A stretch of 64,000 nt of DNA from Antedon mediterranea (Eukaryota > Animalia > Echinodermata). The notes under the pieces were generated by a model. The model did no database searches. It worked only from the letters and a program-made list of their open reading frames with translations, and had not been told where the DNA came from. Positions 13,557 to 28,000 of this stretch are shown piece by piece. The DNA lies in the NCBI RefSeq assembly GCF_964355755.1, contig NC_092676.1:21284871-21348870 (forward strand), given 5' to 3'. Position numbers and translations under genes: made by a program. How positions within the stretch are numbered: position 1 is the first letter of the stretch; each line of letters opens with the position of its first letter.

Positions 13557-14449
13557 CGCTCGTTATACTATTAGGCAATAATATAAGGTAGGCGGGTGGC
13601 GATTACAGGCCTAAACGACAAAATGGCACCATTGTTTGTCCATTTTTTTGTACAAAACTAAATTGTACGCATGCGCAAGAGTTCAACTTTGTGCGCATCG
13701 TTCAGTAGTATATTAATTCACGAAGCTTGATATAGAAGAGATATTTTACATTGTATATTTTTATTGGCACAGAACACATTTTATCGAGTCTTTTGATTTG
13801 ACTTGATTTATTTGCATCTCATTTGAAAATAATAGATTTTTATATACCCTTTTATATAAATCCAAAGGCAAAATACTGAAAAAAATGACAATGCTGTGGG
13901 TATCAGTGGCTGGATCTCAATGGAGATACAAAAAAAGCGAAAAGCTGAATCAAAACGATAAAGTAAAACAGCCAGAAAAGTTGGCAGAGCAAGTGAAGGT
14001 ACTTGGACAAGATAGATCGATATATATCAGGCAAGCGCTTCCTGAGTGGACATGAATAAAAGAAATAAAACAAAAGAGGCATAAGACTGTTGAATAGAGG
14101 ATGGAGATAGTATTGGGTAGAAAACAAAGAAGAGACCTTGGTAGATATAAATAATTTTGGAATAAAACTAAAAAACAGCTTAAATGGTGGTTAATGTGAT
14201 GAATTGGATTAATTGTGTATTGAGGGCGCTGCGTAGTCATTCTGTAATTGGAATACAGGTGACACTGTGTGATAAAAGACCGTGCGTAAGCAGAGCGGGT
14301 CTTTTCATATTCTGGCACGATACATTCCATCGTATTTTTTAAAGGGAATATTAACATCTTTCTGACTGACGTAGTAGGCCTAGATCATTATTTGGGCGGA
14401 GTTTGTATGTAGTGACACGCACCTGGGAAAACATAGAGGATAGTAGGCC

Positions 14450-14548
14450 TATATAAACAACATTATTTCTAGTTACAGCAGTTCCTGTCGTGAAGTTTCT
14501 GAAGAAGCTTAAGCTGATTCTTAACCAATAACAGTGAGATAACGAAAG
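14450..14548 (+). promoter_or_regulatory. TATA box, initiator and probable non-coding first exon of the hemocyanin-like gene
   Basis: TATATAAA at 14450-14457, CAGT initiator-like motif about 29 nt downstream, donor AAG|GTATAA at 14549, and acceptor TCAG at 15184, 11 nt before the ATG at 15196. Confidence 0.55.
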
Positions 14549-15195
14549 GTATAACTTTTTTCATTTGTTTTCGTCTATATATGAATGCGTATGTTTGCCA
14601 TTTCTTTCACTGCCTCCATCATACTATATTTGAATTTTGTTGTTCCCACACATGTGCCACAATCTCGCCTTCACCCTCCTAGTTAGTATAAGCTTGCTTG
14701 CGTCTGTGACCAGAGTTGAATTTGAGTCTGGGAATGCAGTTGGGCACAGAAAAAATGATAGTGCTTGACATGGTCGTTTTGCGATGTTCCATCAATAATT
14801 GTTTTTCATTCTTCCAATTTAAGGACATTTTTTATTAAGTGTTCTAGCTCTACTTAGCCCTATAAAAACTAAAATCAATCCCTTGCATTGTACACTTTCC
14901 TTACCTCCACTTTATAGTGAAATGTGATCTATTGCGTATGTGTACCGTTACGAATTTAGATAATTGTCTATACACTAGCCAGCGTTTGCTTTTTAGCTTT
15001 CCCTAGATCTTTGTTTTATAATACTTATTAATATTATCATTAAGTTGTTTTTTTTTTGTGAAAATAAATTGAAATGTACAGGTTATTTATACCACACCTT
15101 TTATTTCGTATACCCCAATGTCCTAACAAAACAGCGAAGAAAGAAACTTTCTTTGAGAACAAAATAGTATATGAATACAATCAGAGCTTGAAAGT

Positions 15196-18100
15196 ATGGA
15201 TCCCAAGAAGCAACTGGAAGTTTTAATGCTGTTTGGTTATGGTCAAGAAAAAGATGCAAGTTTGGCGTATCATTTTCCAGCATACTTTGTTACCGTTCCT
15301 GCAACAACGATTTACCCGGCTAATACCGGTATTCTTAAAAAGGGTGAATTTTTCTCCAACTTCAAAAAGAAGCACACCGATGAAGCAGCTAGAGTTTATA
15401 ACTATCTCATATCATGTGACAAATTTGAAGATTTCGTAAAGGCTGCCTCATACTTCAAGGGCATACTCAACGAAGGCTTGTACTTATACGCACTCTCCGT
15501 CGCCCTTGCACACCGCAAAGATGAGCATAGCTTCGATATACCATTTCTATGGCAGCTACATCCACATGCATATTTCTCTAATTCACGTATCAGGGCTGCT
15601 CTAGCCCGTTTACAACTTGTCAAACCAACAGTTGCAGAATCTGATATTGTGTCCACATTCGTCACGGGCACACATCGAGACCCTGAGTTTAAGATTTCCT
15701 GGTGGAGAGAAGATGTTGGACTCAATTGGCATCACGCTCATTGGCATCAGGTAAGTCTATAGTAAATTACACGCACAGTACGTACAAAATGGATCTATTT
15801 TTAAAAAGCAATGGAAAACAAATTTAGGTTTAATTTGTTTTTCGAAAGAAGACACTTATGATTATCTCTACTACAGTAAACAAAATCAGAAGTAAATTTT
15901 ACCAAAACGTGTTCCAACACATAAAGGCCAAATCAGACTGCTTCGTCCGACGAGGCCCGACGAGTCGTCTAAACACCAAACACCAAACACTATACGTCCG
16001 ACGCATTGACAAGATGACTCGTCTCGTCGGGATTTAATTCAGACAGCACCGACGAGTAAAGACGTTTGGTCGGGCCTCGTAGTACGACACAGTCTGAGTT
16101 GGCCTTAACACATTATGCAATTCTAGTCAATGCCTGACCTGTATTCCATTGTTTCAAGCCCACTCATGCATTGTATACTAAAATCCTAATATTTTATTAA
16201 CTAGAATTAAATATTAACATTACTGATGTCACTTGTACCCTAGCCATATTTTTACCTATGTTTACTGTTACTGTTGAGCAATATGAAATTTATCTTTAAA
16301 TTTCAATAACTTACATTTGACTTGAAAGCAATAAGTGGTAGAAGTGAGTTGGCGTTTATAAGTAGAACATCTCTTTGTAAATTATAATATTATTTAATGT
16401 AGGCCTATCTGATAGTGTTTGGTGATACTAAGGTCTACTCTAGTAGATTTGATCAGCCGTGCCCCAAACGGAATTGGACAACTCTTCTAACTGTTCAATG
16501 TACTTCTTGTTGAACCGTGGTTGTCTTTATCGTTAATTTGCACAGCACATGTACGTGTACTCCATCCAATCTTCATCTTTTACAAAAGTGCTATATAATT
16601 GCATATAACATATTTTCCAACGTAGTACAATTTAAACAAAAAAGATTAATTATAAACATTTCCAGAAGGAAAAAATTTTTCATAGTTTTCAACTTATAGG
16701 TTTATCCTTGGGCCGGAATTGAAATAAATGGCAAACTTACCACAAAGGATAGAGAAGGGGAGCTGTTCTACCACATGCATCAGCAAATGTTAGCACGATA
16801 CGATGCGGAAAGACTAGCTGTTGGTTTACTTCGAGTTATACCGTTTGATAATTGGAATATTCCTATTCAGGTAAAGTCGAGTCAAAATCAATGTTAAGCA
16901 AGTTTAAGATTAACTGCCGCTACAAATCAATGTAATAAAAACACTAATGCAAATTCCGCACTGCAAATTATAATCACAATGAGGTTAAACAAAATCAGAA
17001 AAACAAAAATTCATAAAATAATTATACTGATACTAATATTATTAGCCTTTATTTTTTTATAGTTCAGTTAGATATTGTCATTGTATAATATCCATAATAT
17101 CCATAAATCCCCTTTCACATTCCTACCTCGGTCATTTGACTCCTTGGGAAGAATACCAAATAGTTTGGCTAAGTTAGGCCTACCCACATGTACTGTGTAG
17201 AGAGACCTCAAAATTGAATATACATAAGTGTACGCAGAGGTGAATACGAGCTAGTGCTCGGGTTTAGTCCAAGCCACAAATGGTGCGCAACCCCCCATCC
17301 AGGGGCAGTAACTAGCCAGCATGAGGCAGACGAGGCGCTTGCCTCGCCTGACATTTTTAACCTCTCACTACGGCCTTGCCATCGAAATAAGCAAAACTAA
17401 AACATAAAGTGTTTGGTAATTATACTGTATTATATCAATTTTCAGGAAGGTTACGATTCACATTTGACGAATGAATACGGTACCCTCCAGTATGCTCCAC
17501 GCCCTTCTGGAATGGTTCTCTCCGACAACTACACAGATCCCACCTCTCCTGTCACTGTCCACCAGCAAAGTTACAACTGGAATCGCCTCTTGAACGCCAT
17601 TAACACTGGAAAATTCCAAAAGGTATGAAATGGATAAATGTAGATGCAGGGGAGCAATTACAGTTTAAACAATACTCAAAAACAAAGAGGACAATCCATT
17701 TTCATTTTTACAATGCTAAAAAGGAACTTTAAAAGTTTCTGAAAAGGCTTTTTACACTTTCTGGTAATCATGCATAGAGTGTCGTGTGTATAAAGAATAC
17801 ACAATATGACGTTGATTATAACTATTACACTGTATATCTATTCGATAATTATTATAGAAAGACAACTCTTATGAGGATGTTAACATTGATAATCTTGGAG
17901 CCGCTATTGAATCCAGCGTTAGTTCTCCTAATCCAGATCTATATGGTTCTCTTCACAACTATGGACATGACCTTCTCAGCATCATCACAGACCCGGATGG
18001 ACGGTACAAGCAGGTTAGTCTAATTTTAAAGTTAATTAGCAAGCATGGTTTGTAGAACGAAAATCTATATTTAATAAACTAATAAAACATTTATAATGAA

Positions 18101-20910
18101 TTATTATAATGGGGTAAACTATTTAATTATCTATTCAATGACTGGATTTATTAGACATAGACCTATCTGTATTAATTCACATAATATATAGGCCTATTCC
18201 ATCACTGAACTGATATATATAATGTCAGCGCAATGGCTGTAGTGCGATCGGAGAGAAACTCTCTGAAATATTAGTCAGCATTTAACTTGAAATATGCTGG
18301 TTACCAGGTTTCTTTCCTGTAAATGTTATAGAAATATTGTATCATTCCAACTCATAACCACCTAATAATATCCTAATATTGTATCATTCAAACTCATAAC
18401 CACCTAATAATATCCTATTATCAAGAGTGACAAGTTAATTAATTATTCCTGACCTTTACACCAATCAATGGTACAGTTATATTACCATCTACAACATGAT
18501 CAAAACATACAACATAATTATACATCTGAGAACATTGCATACATTCGTTTTCTTAGTCGTTTGCTCTTGGATATGCGAAAGCATTTTTAATAGGATTTAA
18601 TTCACGGCTGTGAAACGTATCCCATGGTGGTTTTTTTTCTAAATTTATCGAGGTGATTTTTACTTTTTAGCAACTGGACTCTTGATCTCTAGTAGCGGTG
18701 TATTTTTCAGCTGACTTGAGAATATTTGTTTTTTCATAATCAAAATAGGCAATGGGAGTAATGGGAGCGACAGAAACTGCTGTTCGAGATCCTGTTTTCT
18801 TTCGTTGGCACAAATATATTGATAATCTGTTCGTCATGCACAAGAACATGTTGGATCCTTACAGTGCCGACGACTTGGGTTTTAAAAACATAAAATTGGA
18901 AGAAATAAGCGTCAAGGTATGGATAAACTTATTTGATCATATCTCATTCATGCATAATATAAATGAACCCCGCGCTCATTGACATATAAATATTCACAAT
19001 GGACTATCGTGCCAGGAATTATATATGCAGTATATACCGACCGCCTTTCAGTATTATTAGTATTTTTGTCGTTGTTGTTGATGATGCTGCTGCTGATGTT
19101 GTTGCTGCTGTTGTTGTATGCTCTGTAGTTGAAGCATTACTTGCTGTTGTTGTTGGTGCTGTTGCTGTTGCTGCTGCTGATGTTGTTGCTGCTGTTGTAG
19201 TATTGCAGTTAATTATTATCCTTCAATATGCGTACGTCTCCGCGCATTTTCATGGAATCAGCGCGTCGTTGGAGTATGTCGTCAATGTGGTGTTTCCTAA
19301 ATGTCTATAATTCTTCAATATAATTTGGGCACCAACTGTAATTTCATTCAGGTAATATAAATACATAATATATTATTATATATATAGATTTTTATATTAA
19401 TAAGTGTTACTTTCAACCTCTAACAAGTTTGATCGTGTGCATTTGATGTATTGCTTTTGATAAACTTCTTTAATTATTAGGTAAACGACTGTGATCAGAA
19501 TGTCTTGACTACACGCATGGAATACGTCAATGTGGATATTTATCAAAGTATGTACCAAGGAAACCCACAACAGTCTCTCCAAGTAAGTAAAGTTTGGAGT
19601 TAGTATATTTAAAAACGTTCTGAATATTAAAATTGATAAATTAATTTCAACATCACCAAAAGAAATTCACATCATATCCAAAGAATGTGATTTTAAAAAT
19701 TGAATTTAAACTCAATACAATTTACTAAATATTACGTTTAGTTTACAATCATTGTCATTGTTTTGTTTTATATTGTAATTTTGATATTGGTATCGTAGTA
19801 TTTTATAATTAGGATGTACTGTACTACCGATTGGTGGTGCTGCTGTTAATCTAAGCGTCAATCAAAATAAAGATTTTAGTATTAGGCCTAAGGAAATCTA
19901 ATTGCTGAAACCGATTGTTCATGCTTTCGTGTAGGCCTATATTATTATCAGCATAATCTGGTAATTTATAGTGCATTAAGAGTGCTGGCTATTCTCTTGT
20001 GTTTTTAAGGTTAGCGTTTACCGAGTGAACCACGACGAATTCGAGTACAACATGAAAGTCAAGAATGCAAATAGTAAGAATGTAAAGGCGGCTTTCCGAG
20101 TTTTTATGGCGCCCTCATTCGATGAACACAGCGATCGTTTTGGTCTGAACGAACAACGACGATTGTTTATTGAAATGGACAAATTTGTTGAAGAAAGTAA
20201 GTACAATACTACACAGGTAGTACTATTTTGTCTAATAACTTTTGATTGAGTGTTAGGAATACGCAAAACTCATTCAATTTGAAATTAATATGAAAAGGTA
20301 AACGATGAGAAGTCATTCGTCAAATTTTAATCTGTTTATTTTAAAAATAAACTTCTAAATTCAAACTTAATTCTACATCTAATAACATTATCTTGCATGT
20401 CTGCTTATGCTTTATACTTTACTAATATTTCTTGATATTTTAGTTCCTGGAAATGCAACCCATGAAATCAAACGTTCATCAAAGCTATCTTCCGTTGTGA
20501 AGCCCCCTGGTCTATCCATTAAAGACATCCTAAAAGAGGTGGAAACCAAAAGAAAATCTACTGAAAAAAATGTCGAGAGCGAATGTGTCTGCCGAAGAGA
20601 GCGCTACTGTGAATGTGGATTGCCGCAAAACATCCTTCTTCCAAGAGGTACAGAGAGTGGCATGAGGTTTGACCTCTTTGTTATGGTGACCGATTGGGGG
20701 TCTGACAACTGCACCGACAACCTTGACCAAGGTACTAGTTACTGTGGAGTTAAAAACCAAAAGTATCCAGATGGTCGTGCCATGGGCTTCCCATTTGATC
20801 GAAACATTGATGTCAAGTTTTTTACTAAATTTCTTGATACGTTCGTGGACAGATTTGATAATATGTTGTCAGTTCCAATTACTATTAAAACTATGCCAAC
20901 TACTAAGTAA
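15196..20910 (+). CDS. Arthropod-type hemocyanin/prophenoloxidase-family type-3 copper protein (Hemocyanin N/M/C domains), 660 aa, no signal peptide
   Basis: Exons 15196-15750, 16700-16870, 17446-17622, 17858-18013, 18749-18916, 19481-19582, 20010-20196, 20444-20910 (1983 nt, all GT-AG, in frame). CuA: [42 protein letters not shown]. CuB: [33 protein letters not shown]-domain: [38 protein letters not shown]. Confidence 0.95.
15925..16105. mobile_element. PIF/Harbinger-type MITE
   Basis: TIRs AGGCCAAATCAGACTG / CAGTCTGAGTTGGCCT with TAA on both flanks. Confidence 0.72.
19066..19200. repeat. Mixed (GTT/GCT)n trinucleotide microsatellite
   Basis: Runs of gttgttgct/gctgctgat in an intron of the hemocyanin-like gene. 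Confidence 0.85.
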
Positions 20911-21098
20911 ACTGCATAAGATATCATTTGATAAAGCCAGGAAAATACCCTACAGCATAGGGTTATTAATGTGTTATAGGCTACATGCTCCATGCATAAC
21001 ATCAGATAAAGGTCTCAAACTGTTTATTGATCTAGTTTATTGAACCTGATTAGTAGTGTATTAATTGCTATATTAATATTGTTATTACTTATTATAGA

Positions 21099-21395
21099 CA
21101 TTTTGAACATTGTTGCTTATTAATTATACTTTGCGGATTAATAATCGATTATACGATTAGTATTATCAACATATTTGTATTAGAATTATATTAATATTAT
21201 TTACTTAAAAGTATTGTAAATTAAACACATTTCTTTATTATTAGACACTATGCTAACGAATGGACATAGCCATTTTTAACATTGTTGCTCATTAATTATA
21301 CTATGCGGATTAATGATGGATTATACAATTAGAAAATATTGTGAATTAAACACAGTTTTTTATAATTATACACTATGCTAAGGAATGGATGTCAT
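21099..21395. repeat. Imperfect tandem duplication in the probable 3' UTR of the hemocyanin-like gene
   Basis: CATTTT.AACATTGTTGCT.ATTAATTATACT.TGCGGATTAAT... occurs at about 21099 and 21271; each copy contains an ATTAAA. Confidence 0.7.
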
Positions 21396-22074
21396 AGAAT
21401 TGGTACGTTCACTATATTATAGAGCGTTGTTAATCTTGATCTTAATCCCTTGCATGTTAAAGGATACAATATTTACTGTAGGCCTACCGTGTATAGATAC
21501 TTAAATACATTATAGGCTCAGTTACGCATTATCGTGTGTCATACACCAATAAATGTTTATTAGTACGATGGTAGGCTACAAATAATCGCATGAGGTGTAA
21601 TATAAAAATATACACCTTTCATCTTTCACCGAATGAAATCATTTGTACTGTAGGCTAGAAATACGAATAACCGCCAGTTGATCTAGATCTAAGCCAATGT
21701 CTTTTTTTTCTTAATGATCTAACCTCTTCTCTAGCTGTTGCCATTAATGAATAAAAAAACCATACAAAAGATTTAAATGGTTGTGTGTATTACTTCACAA
21801 AACGTATGAATGCTATTGTTATATGCCATTCAAAGCATAACAAAACATTGGAGGCGATGACGACGTGGCAAGTTAGGGCCTAAATGTTTGTTAGACATGA
21901 ACACATCTACCAAGAAATTATCAACTATGATGAATCTAAAGTTACAGATTCAGATTACAGTAAAATAAATAAATTAGCAATGAATGTAAAAAACATCAAA
22001 TTTAATATCTTAGAAGTATGGAACGTCTCTTCTATTTCGTTGTTACCATGCAAAATAATTTTACTACGAATGTA

Positions 22075-25000
22075 TTAGATTGAGCATCCCAGCTCGTCAC
22101 TTCCATCACTGCATTCACTGTTTCCATCACAGACCCACTCTGACGGAATACACGCAATATAACCTGACAGGCAGTTAAAATGATCTGGCGCACATGTTGG
22201 TGGTTCTATGTAAAAAGTACAAATTTCTCTTAGTTGAAAACAATTAGTTATAATATCTTAAATGTAAACTTCATTCGACGAACTAAAATTAAATCAAACG
22301 CAAGTAAAAAAAGTATTTCTAAACGGGAGATGGGAACGACGACAACTAAAACAATACTAATAGTAATAGTAATACAGTATTAGCAGCAGCGGTAGCGGTG
22401 GCGACAACGACAACATAAGAACAACAAAATTATAAGTTGGAATTCTCATCAATCATAGGCAGCATTGACCCATCAACCTGCATTTGGAATTCCACTAAAC
22501 CCTAAGATACACATGGAGTTCTTTTAACCATAGTTACCAAACATTAATTTTAAAAATGTATGATGTTTATTTAAAGAAGAGCCTTTGATTCATTTCTAGT
22601 AATAAACTTTAGTTTTTAAGAATTGCTATAACAAATTCTGGTTTTATTCTAACAACAAGCTCTGAACATGTATATCATGCTTTACAATAAAGACATGCGG
22701 ATAGTACTTACCGATGCAGTTATGTTCATCATTGTCTAGTATCATATTTGGGGGACAAGAACATCTTGTAGTACGCACATGGGTTAAAATACAAAAATGC
22801 GAACAAAGACCTTTCATGTTAGAACATGGCTGAGAAGCTGCAAAAGAATATAATTGAACTGTCATTAATTTATAATTATAGGCCTATATATAATAAGAGC
22901 TGATTTTTAGTGCTATCAGTTATTCATCCTAAATTGGAAAAATTATTTCCTAAAAATAGGGCCAAACAATTTTTTTTTTAAAATAAAAATTACATCTCAG
23001 ATCGAAATTCGTCTTTTTTCCAACTGGTCCTATTGGTTCCAGTTCCAACTGGTATAGAGGGCATTTGGGAGTATGCATTTGTAGTAAAGTAAACCTGGAA
23101 TGGTCCAAGAGTGACATATGTTCGCATTTAGTAAACCAAAACAGGCAGTTTAATATGGTAAATATACGCACTATTGGGATGTTTTTTTGCATACTTATAA
23201 GAAATACAAATATCTGAAAATTCCCGACATTATTGAGAGACTTGTGACTCGTGAGAAAAATAAAGTATATGTGTAAACCATGTCCATTACGAACAACCTA
23301 TACCTATTACAGCAAATGTAGAACCACCAATTACCAATCAATCAGAATGGCTCTAAACTAGACCCCATGCTTATTAGGCGATACAAACTGTCAACCTAAA
23401 AATCAACAGGAGGACGAATACTCACAGTATTGTGGTTTCTTGACAGTAAGAACATCAGTTAGTAACCCATTGCTCTTCAACAGTGTCTGGTTGTTTTCCC
23501 CTGTCTGTTTATCAGCTCGTTCAATGAACTTGTTACGTACCCAGTAAACGAAATAACCATCAAGTGTCAAACCTCCTACATTTTCAATGCTTTCTGTGAT
23601 TAGGCGATGGCGTGTGCCAGCTATGTAAATGAAATCCAAGGAAGAGTGTAAAAAGGATTTGAACACTGGACCTTAATTCTAATTTCATAATTCTATGTAA
23701 TCCAATTGGATTATGGTAGAGCAACACAACCCTTCTATTATCTGTGCTGGGTTAACACGAAATAGCCTCGAAGTTTCTACAGTCGTTAAAATTCAGCAGA
23801 ATACTCACTATCAATTTCAAAATATTCAATAGCCTTCAATCTGCTGTCAAACCAATATATCCTGTTAGATTGTGCATCTGCTGCAATTGGGCCGGGCCTG
23901 TATAAGCCAGTGACCAATTCCTGTTGATTACTGCCATCTATCCTAGCCTGCATCAGTTTAGGATATCTTTTAAGCATATTGGTCCAGAATATAAGCCTAA
24001 ATATGAAATAAATTAATAGTGCTAACCATGGAATCTTGAATGTAATTGGAAATGACATTGAGAACTGTGATTGCTAAGTAACATATTGCGTAAAAATTGT
24101 AAGTAATAGTCGAGATGGGAATCGAACCCACGACCTCCAGATAACTACCCTGGCATTTATACCACTATCACTATACCACCTAGCTTGCGCTAATGGCTAG
24201 GGTTAGAGCAAGTACTACACCAACAAGATAATAATTGTTTTACTACTGCCGAATATAGGGCTGATCAATTACTCAGCCCTGCCACCTTTGACGTACAGTA
24301 TTCGTACCGTAGTTTAACAATTATCACGATATAGGCCTGAAATATTAAGACAATTGCAAATATTTTTACAGAAAATAGTAAGGTTGTGGTGCCATTTTAT
24401 TGATTTTCAACCAAAACAAATTCAATCTTACCCTTTTACTGGCATTAATGCAAGATTTCTTGGTTTCTGATTTGGTCCATCAATAATGGTGCCAACGGTT
24501 GTGCCATCCACACGAATAACATTCACTTCATTATTTATCTTACATGACCAGAAAATCATCTGGTTGTAGGGATCGTATGACATTCCGAATGGACTGATAT
24601 TATCACCCGAGACTATTGTCCTAGGCTAGTGAATGTAAAAAAGCAATAACATTGTATAAATAAGAAACATACACAAATTTATCTTCTAAACGTATAGGTA
24701 TTAGGGCTGTAAAGCAATAAAGAATAATAAATAAGGGCTTATGTAAAAGCTATTTCCATATTGCTTGCCATAGTGTACACCATGTGATACGTTCTTGGGA
24801 GCCGTTAACTTTACCAGCTTTCTTTATTATAATTATATGATGTAATGATTATCAATTTTTCATGATTCTATAATGCATGTTGGAAAGGCAAGGAGAGCTG
24901 TAAAAAAACAAAGCCTTTACGAGTCTTTTGGAATTTGGAGTTTTTGTTAAAAAAAATCCTGACATCTAATCTGAAAAAATCCTAACGTTTAAGCTGCAAA

Positions 25001-28000
25001 TATGTTAACTTCTCTACCTGTTCTGATTTATAGTATTCTTAGTATGCTAAGGTTAGAGAAGGCTGGTGAGTAGCGTGCTATCAGTTCACATACTCAGTAA
25101 TGGAACAGTGAATGTTTATTGACGTCATAATCAAAATACTTTTCCATATTATGTTTCTGCAGTTTATATACCTCGAACCACTTAGAATCAAAGAGAGAGG
25201 TCTAATCTCTCATGCTTACCTCACTACCATTAATTCTTGATTGTTGTATTATCTTTTTCTTTCTATTGATCCAGAAAATAATTCCTGCATTGTAGTCATA
25301 ACCTATATCACTTATCCCAATGGTGTTGATTGGAAAAGTGTAAGCCGGTTCTTCAAAGTCAAATAACACTCTGTTTAAACTTTCCCTTTGACTGAAGAGT
25401 ATAAATTCTTCAGGAGCTAAATATATAAGTACAAAAAACAGAAATGTACTTCTTTAATGGTTGGTAGTGACAGTGGTTTTCAGTTAAGTTGTTGTTTAAG
25501 TGTTCAGTTAACAACACTAAATACTAATACAATTCAAATCGAATTAATGAAGTTTTCAAAAGGAAATTTCTATTTGAAAAACCAGTTAAAATTCAAGTTA
25601 AAAACAGATGAAATTAGGTGGCTTAATTGGTTACTTGTAATATCTGGTTTACAAGGTGTCAAACTGATTTGAGATTGTGTTGATAATGCCAAAAACCGAT
25701 TATTTGAATAATAATATTTAAAAAAATACAGTTTAAAGATGTTTAGAGTTTCAGAAATAACCATATTTTGTTCAAATCTGGTTTATTTCATATAATGTCT
25801 AGTAAGGTCCTGCCAAAATTATAGTAAAGTTAACATTTCTAACTTACGTGAACAAGAGGTGCGGCTGTCCGCATCCAATGTGTTATGTGCCTCACATTGA
25901 CAACGGAAACCATCTGGAATAGCCAGGCATAAATCTGAACAACCACCATTATCGAAACTGCACATATTAGTACCTAATGACAAAAATTACACTTTTAAAA
26001 TAAAGTATATAAATGTGAATTTCATATACTGGCCAAGTTACCAGAATTTCTATCTTTGAATTTTAGAGAAACTTAATACTAATAAATAATCTAAATAGGT
26101 CAGTTGCAGTCACAACAGGCTATCTGCCTAGTATTCAACTAATTTAATTGTAAGGGTGTTTAATGTAAGGCTCCTAGGGCCTCACATTTATGTACGAATC
26201 TTAGGCTCTGTCTACACTATCACACGCAAATGCGATGTGCCCAAATATGAACATGATGATGTCATATCACTACCATAAGCATATCACTACCATATTTGAG
26301 CATACCCCACTTTTTTTTGTCAAACTAGTTTGATAGTGTAGACAGAGCTTTAGATGAAACTAGTCATGGGAATGTATTTATTTGGCCATTCCGTATTCAA
26401 AATACTATTTAGATTTACTTTTTGTAGAATAGAGGTTCACTGCGCCAACTAACCTGTTTGAAGAGACTTATGGAAAACTTTGATGTCAATTACATCATCT
26501 TGATTTTGATGGATAGTCTCATGTTCTGCTCCATCTCTCTTGTTTGCTCGTTTTATAGTCATTGATGATGCATCGTCCCAGTAAATGAAGTCGTTGTACT
26601 GGGCGAGGCCGAATGGACTTGATATATCACTCTGTGCAAGTATACGTTTCTTGCTTCCTAAAAATGACAAGTATGGATGAAATCATTGTAATCACTGAGG
26701 TATGTTTAAGTCGAAAGAGAAATTATCTCAACTCATCTTAACTGCAAGAAAAAACTAGTTGCACATAGCACTCTTAATGCAACTGAAAAAGAACTGAAAA
26801 AAAAACCTCCAGTGTGAAAGTTACTCATGTTGTTAATGTATATAATCTATTCGTGGTTACATCAATATTGTATGCGCGACACGATTCAAAGTTGAAAGAA
26901 AAACTAGTGCACACGAGCGCCTTTCGACATCACACTGATCGTGCCTGCCCACGCTGTATTGTGAGATAGTTAACAACTAAAAGGCTAGACAGCGCTCATC
27001 AACGTGTTTACATTGGCGCACCTGTTAATATTCACAAATGTGGAAATGTATGGTGAAATCTAACCAATTTCATCCAATTTTCATTAAGAAAATGATCTCT
27101 GATGCAATCTGTTTGAGGATCACATGACCGTTTAGAGGAATTAAACTGCGGTATGTTGTCTTTACCACAAACAACTGATTCAAGACATACCAAAAAAATG
27201 TTTGCTTGCTGTATTGAAATGAATCATTAGTGTAGGCCTATTGTTTTTAACCTTAATACGTACCATCCAAGTATGCTGAATAAATTTCCCTCTGATCTAC
27301 ATCGATCCAGAACAGTTTCCCATCCTGATAATCAATGGTAAGTCCAGTAATACGCCCTTCACTGTCTGCTATAATGGTTCTGATAGCCCCATCCATGTGT
27401 GCCCGAAATATAAGAGACCTACTCCACTCACTCCAGTAAATGTAACTATAAAAATAACAGGTGAATATATTAGACTTAAAAAGACAAATTCCAAAATTTA
27501 AATACTTAGCAAACTAGAAACGGTAAGCAAAGCATAAGCATAATGTAGCAAAGAAAGTAGCAGATCATACATCATCTAAATCATAACCAATTACCTCGCG
27601 AGAGCATGGGCAAATAATAGTTATATTATTAGCGTATTGACTGGATAAAAAGCTAAACTAACCCATTGACTGGATCAATGGTTAAGCTAGTCGGTCCTTC
27701 TACATATTCCCAGATTAACAGGCGCCTTGATGAACCATCAAATCGAGCTACTTCGATGCAATTTTTGTCCGAGTCAGTCCAATATATATTTTTGGCTATC
27801 CAATCAACAGCGATGTCTTCTGGAAATCCAATTCCGTTTTTTATTATAACATCATATCCACTACCATCCATAAAGGCTGTCATGATTTGCTATTTAAAAA
27901 ATTAATAATAATAATATGTATTTTTATGTATACTTTTATTGGATAGTGTGCAGTTATGTGTATTCGCATATTATATTAAGCACATAGTTGAGTTACCGAG

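Noticed and set aside
18999-19310. Val/Ala-rich ORF resembling a TM protein
   Set aside because: Translation of a GTT/GCT microsatellite inside an intron.
12012-22074. One giant LRP gene spanning both minus-strand clusters with the hemocyanin-like gene nested in an intron
   Set aside because: The left gene has its own ATG/signal exon (13540-13556) and its exon 2 starts in phase 2, while the right gene reaches an in-frame stop at 22075. Rare read-through splicing is not excluded.
24111-24200. Functional tRNA gene
   Set aside because: B box is present but the acceptor and anticodon arms are disrupted; treated as SINE-like.
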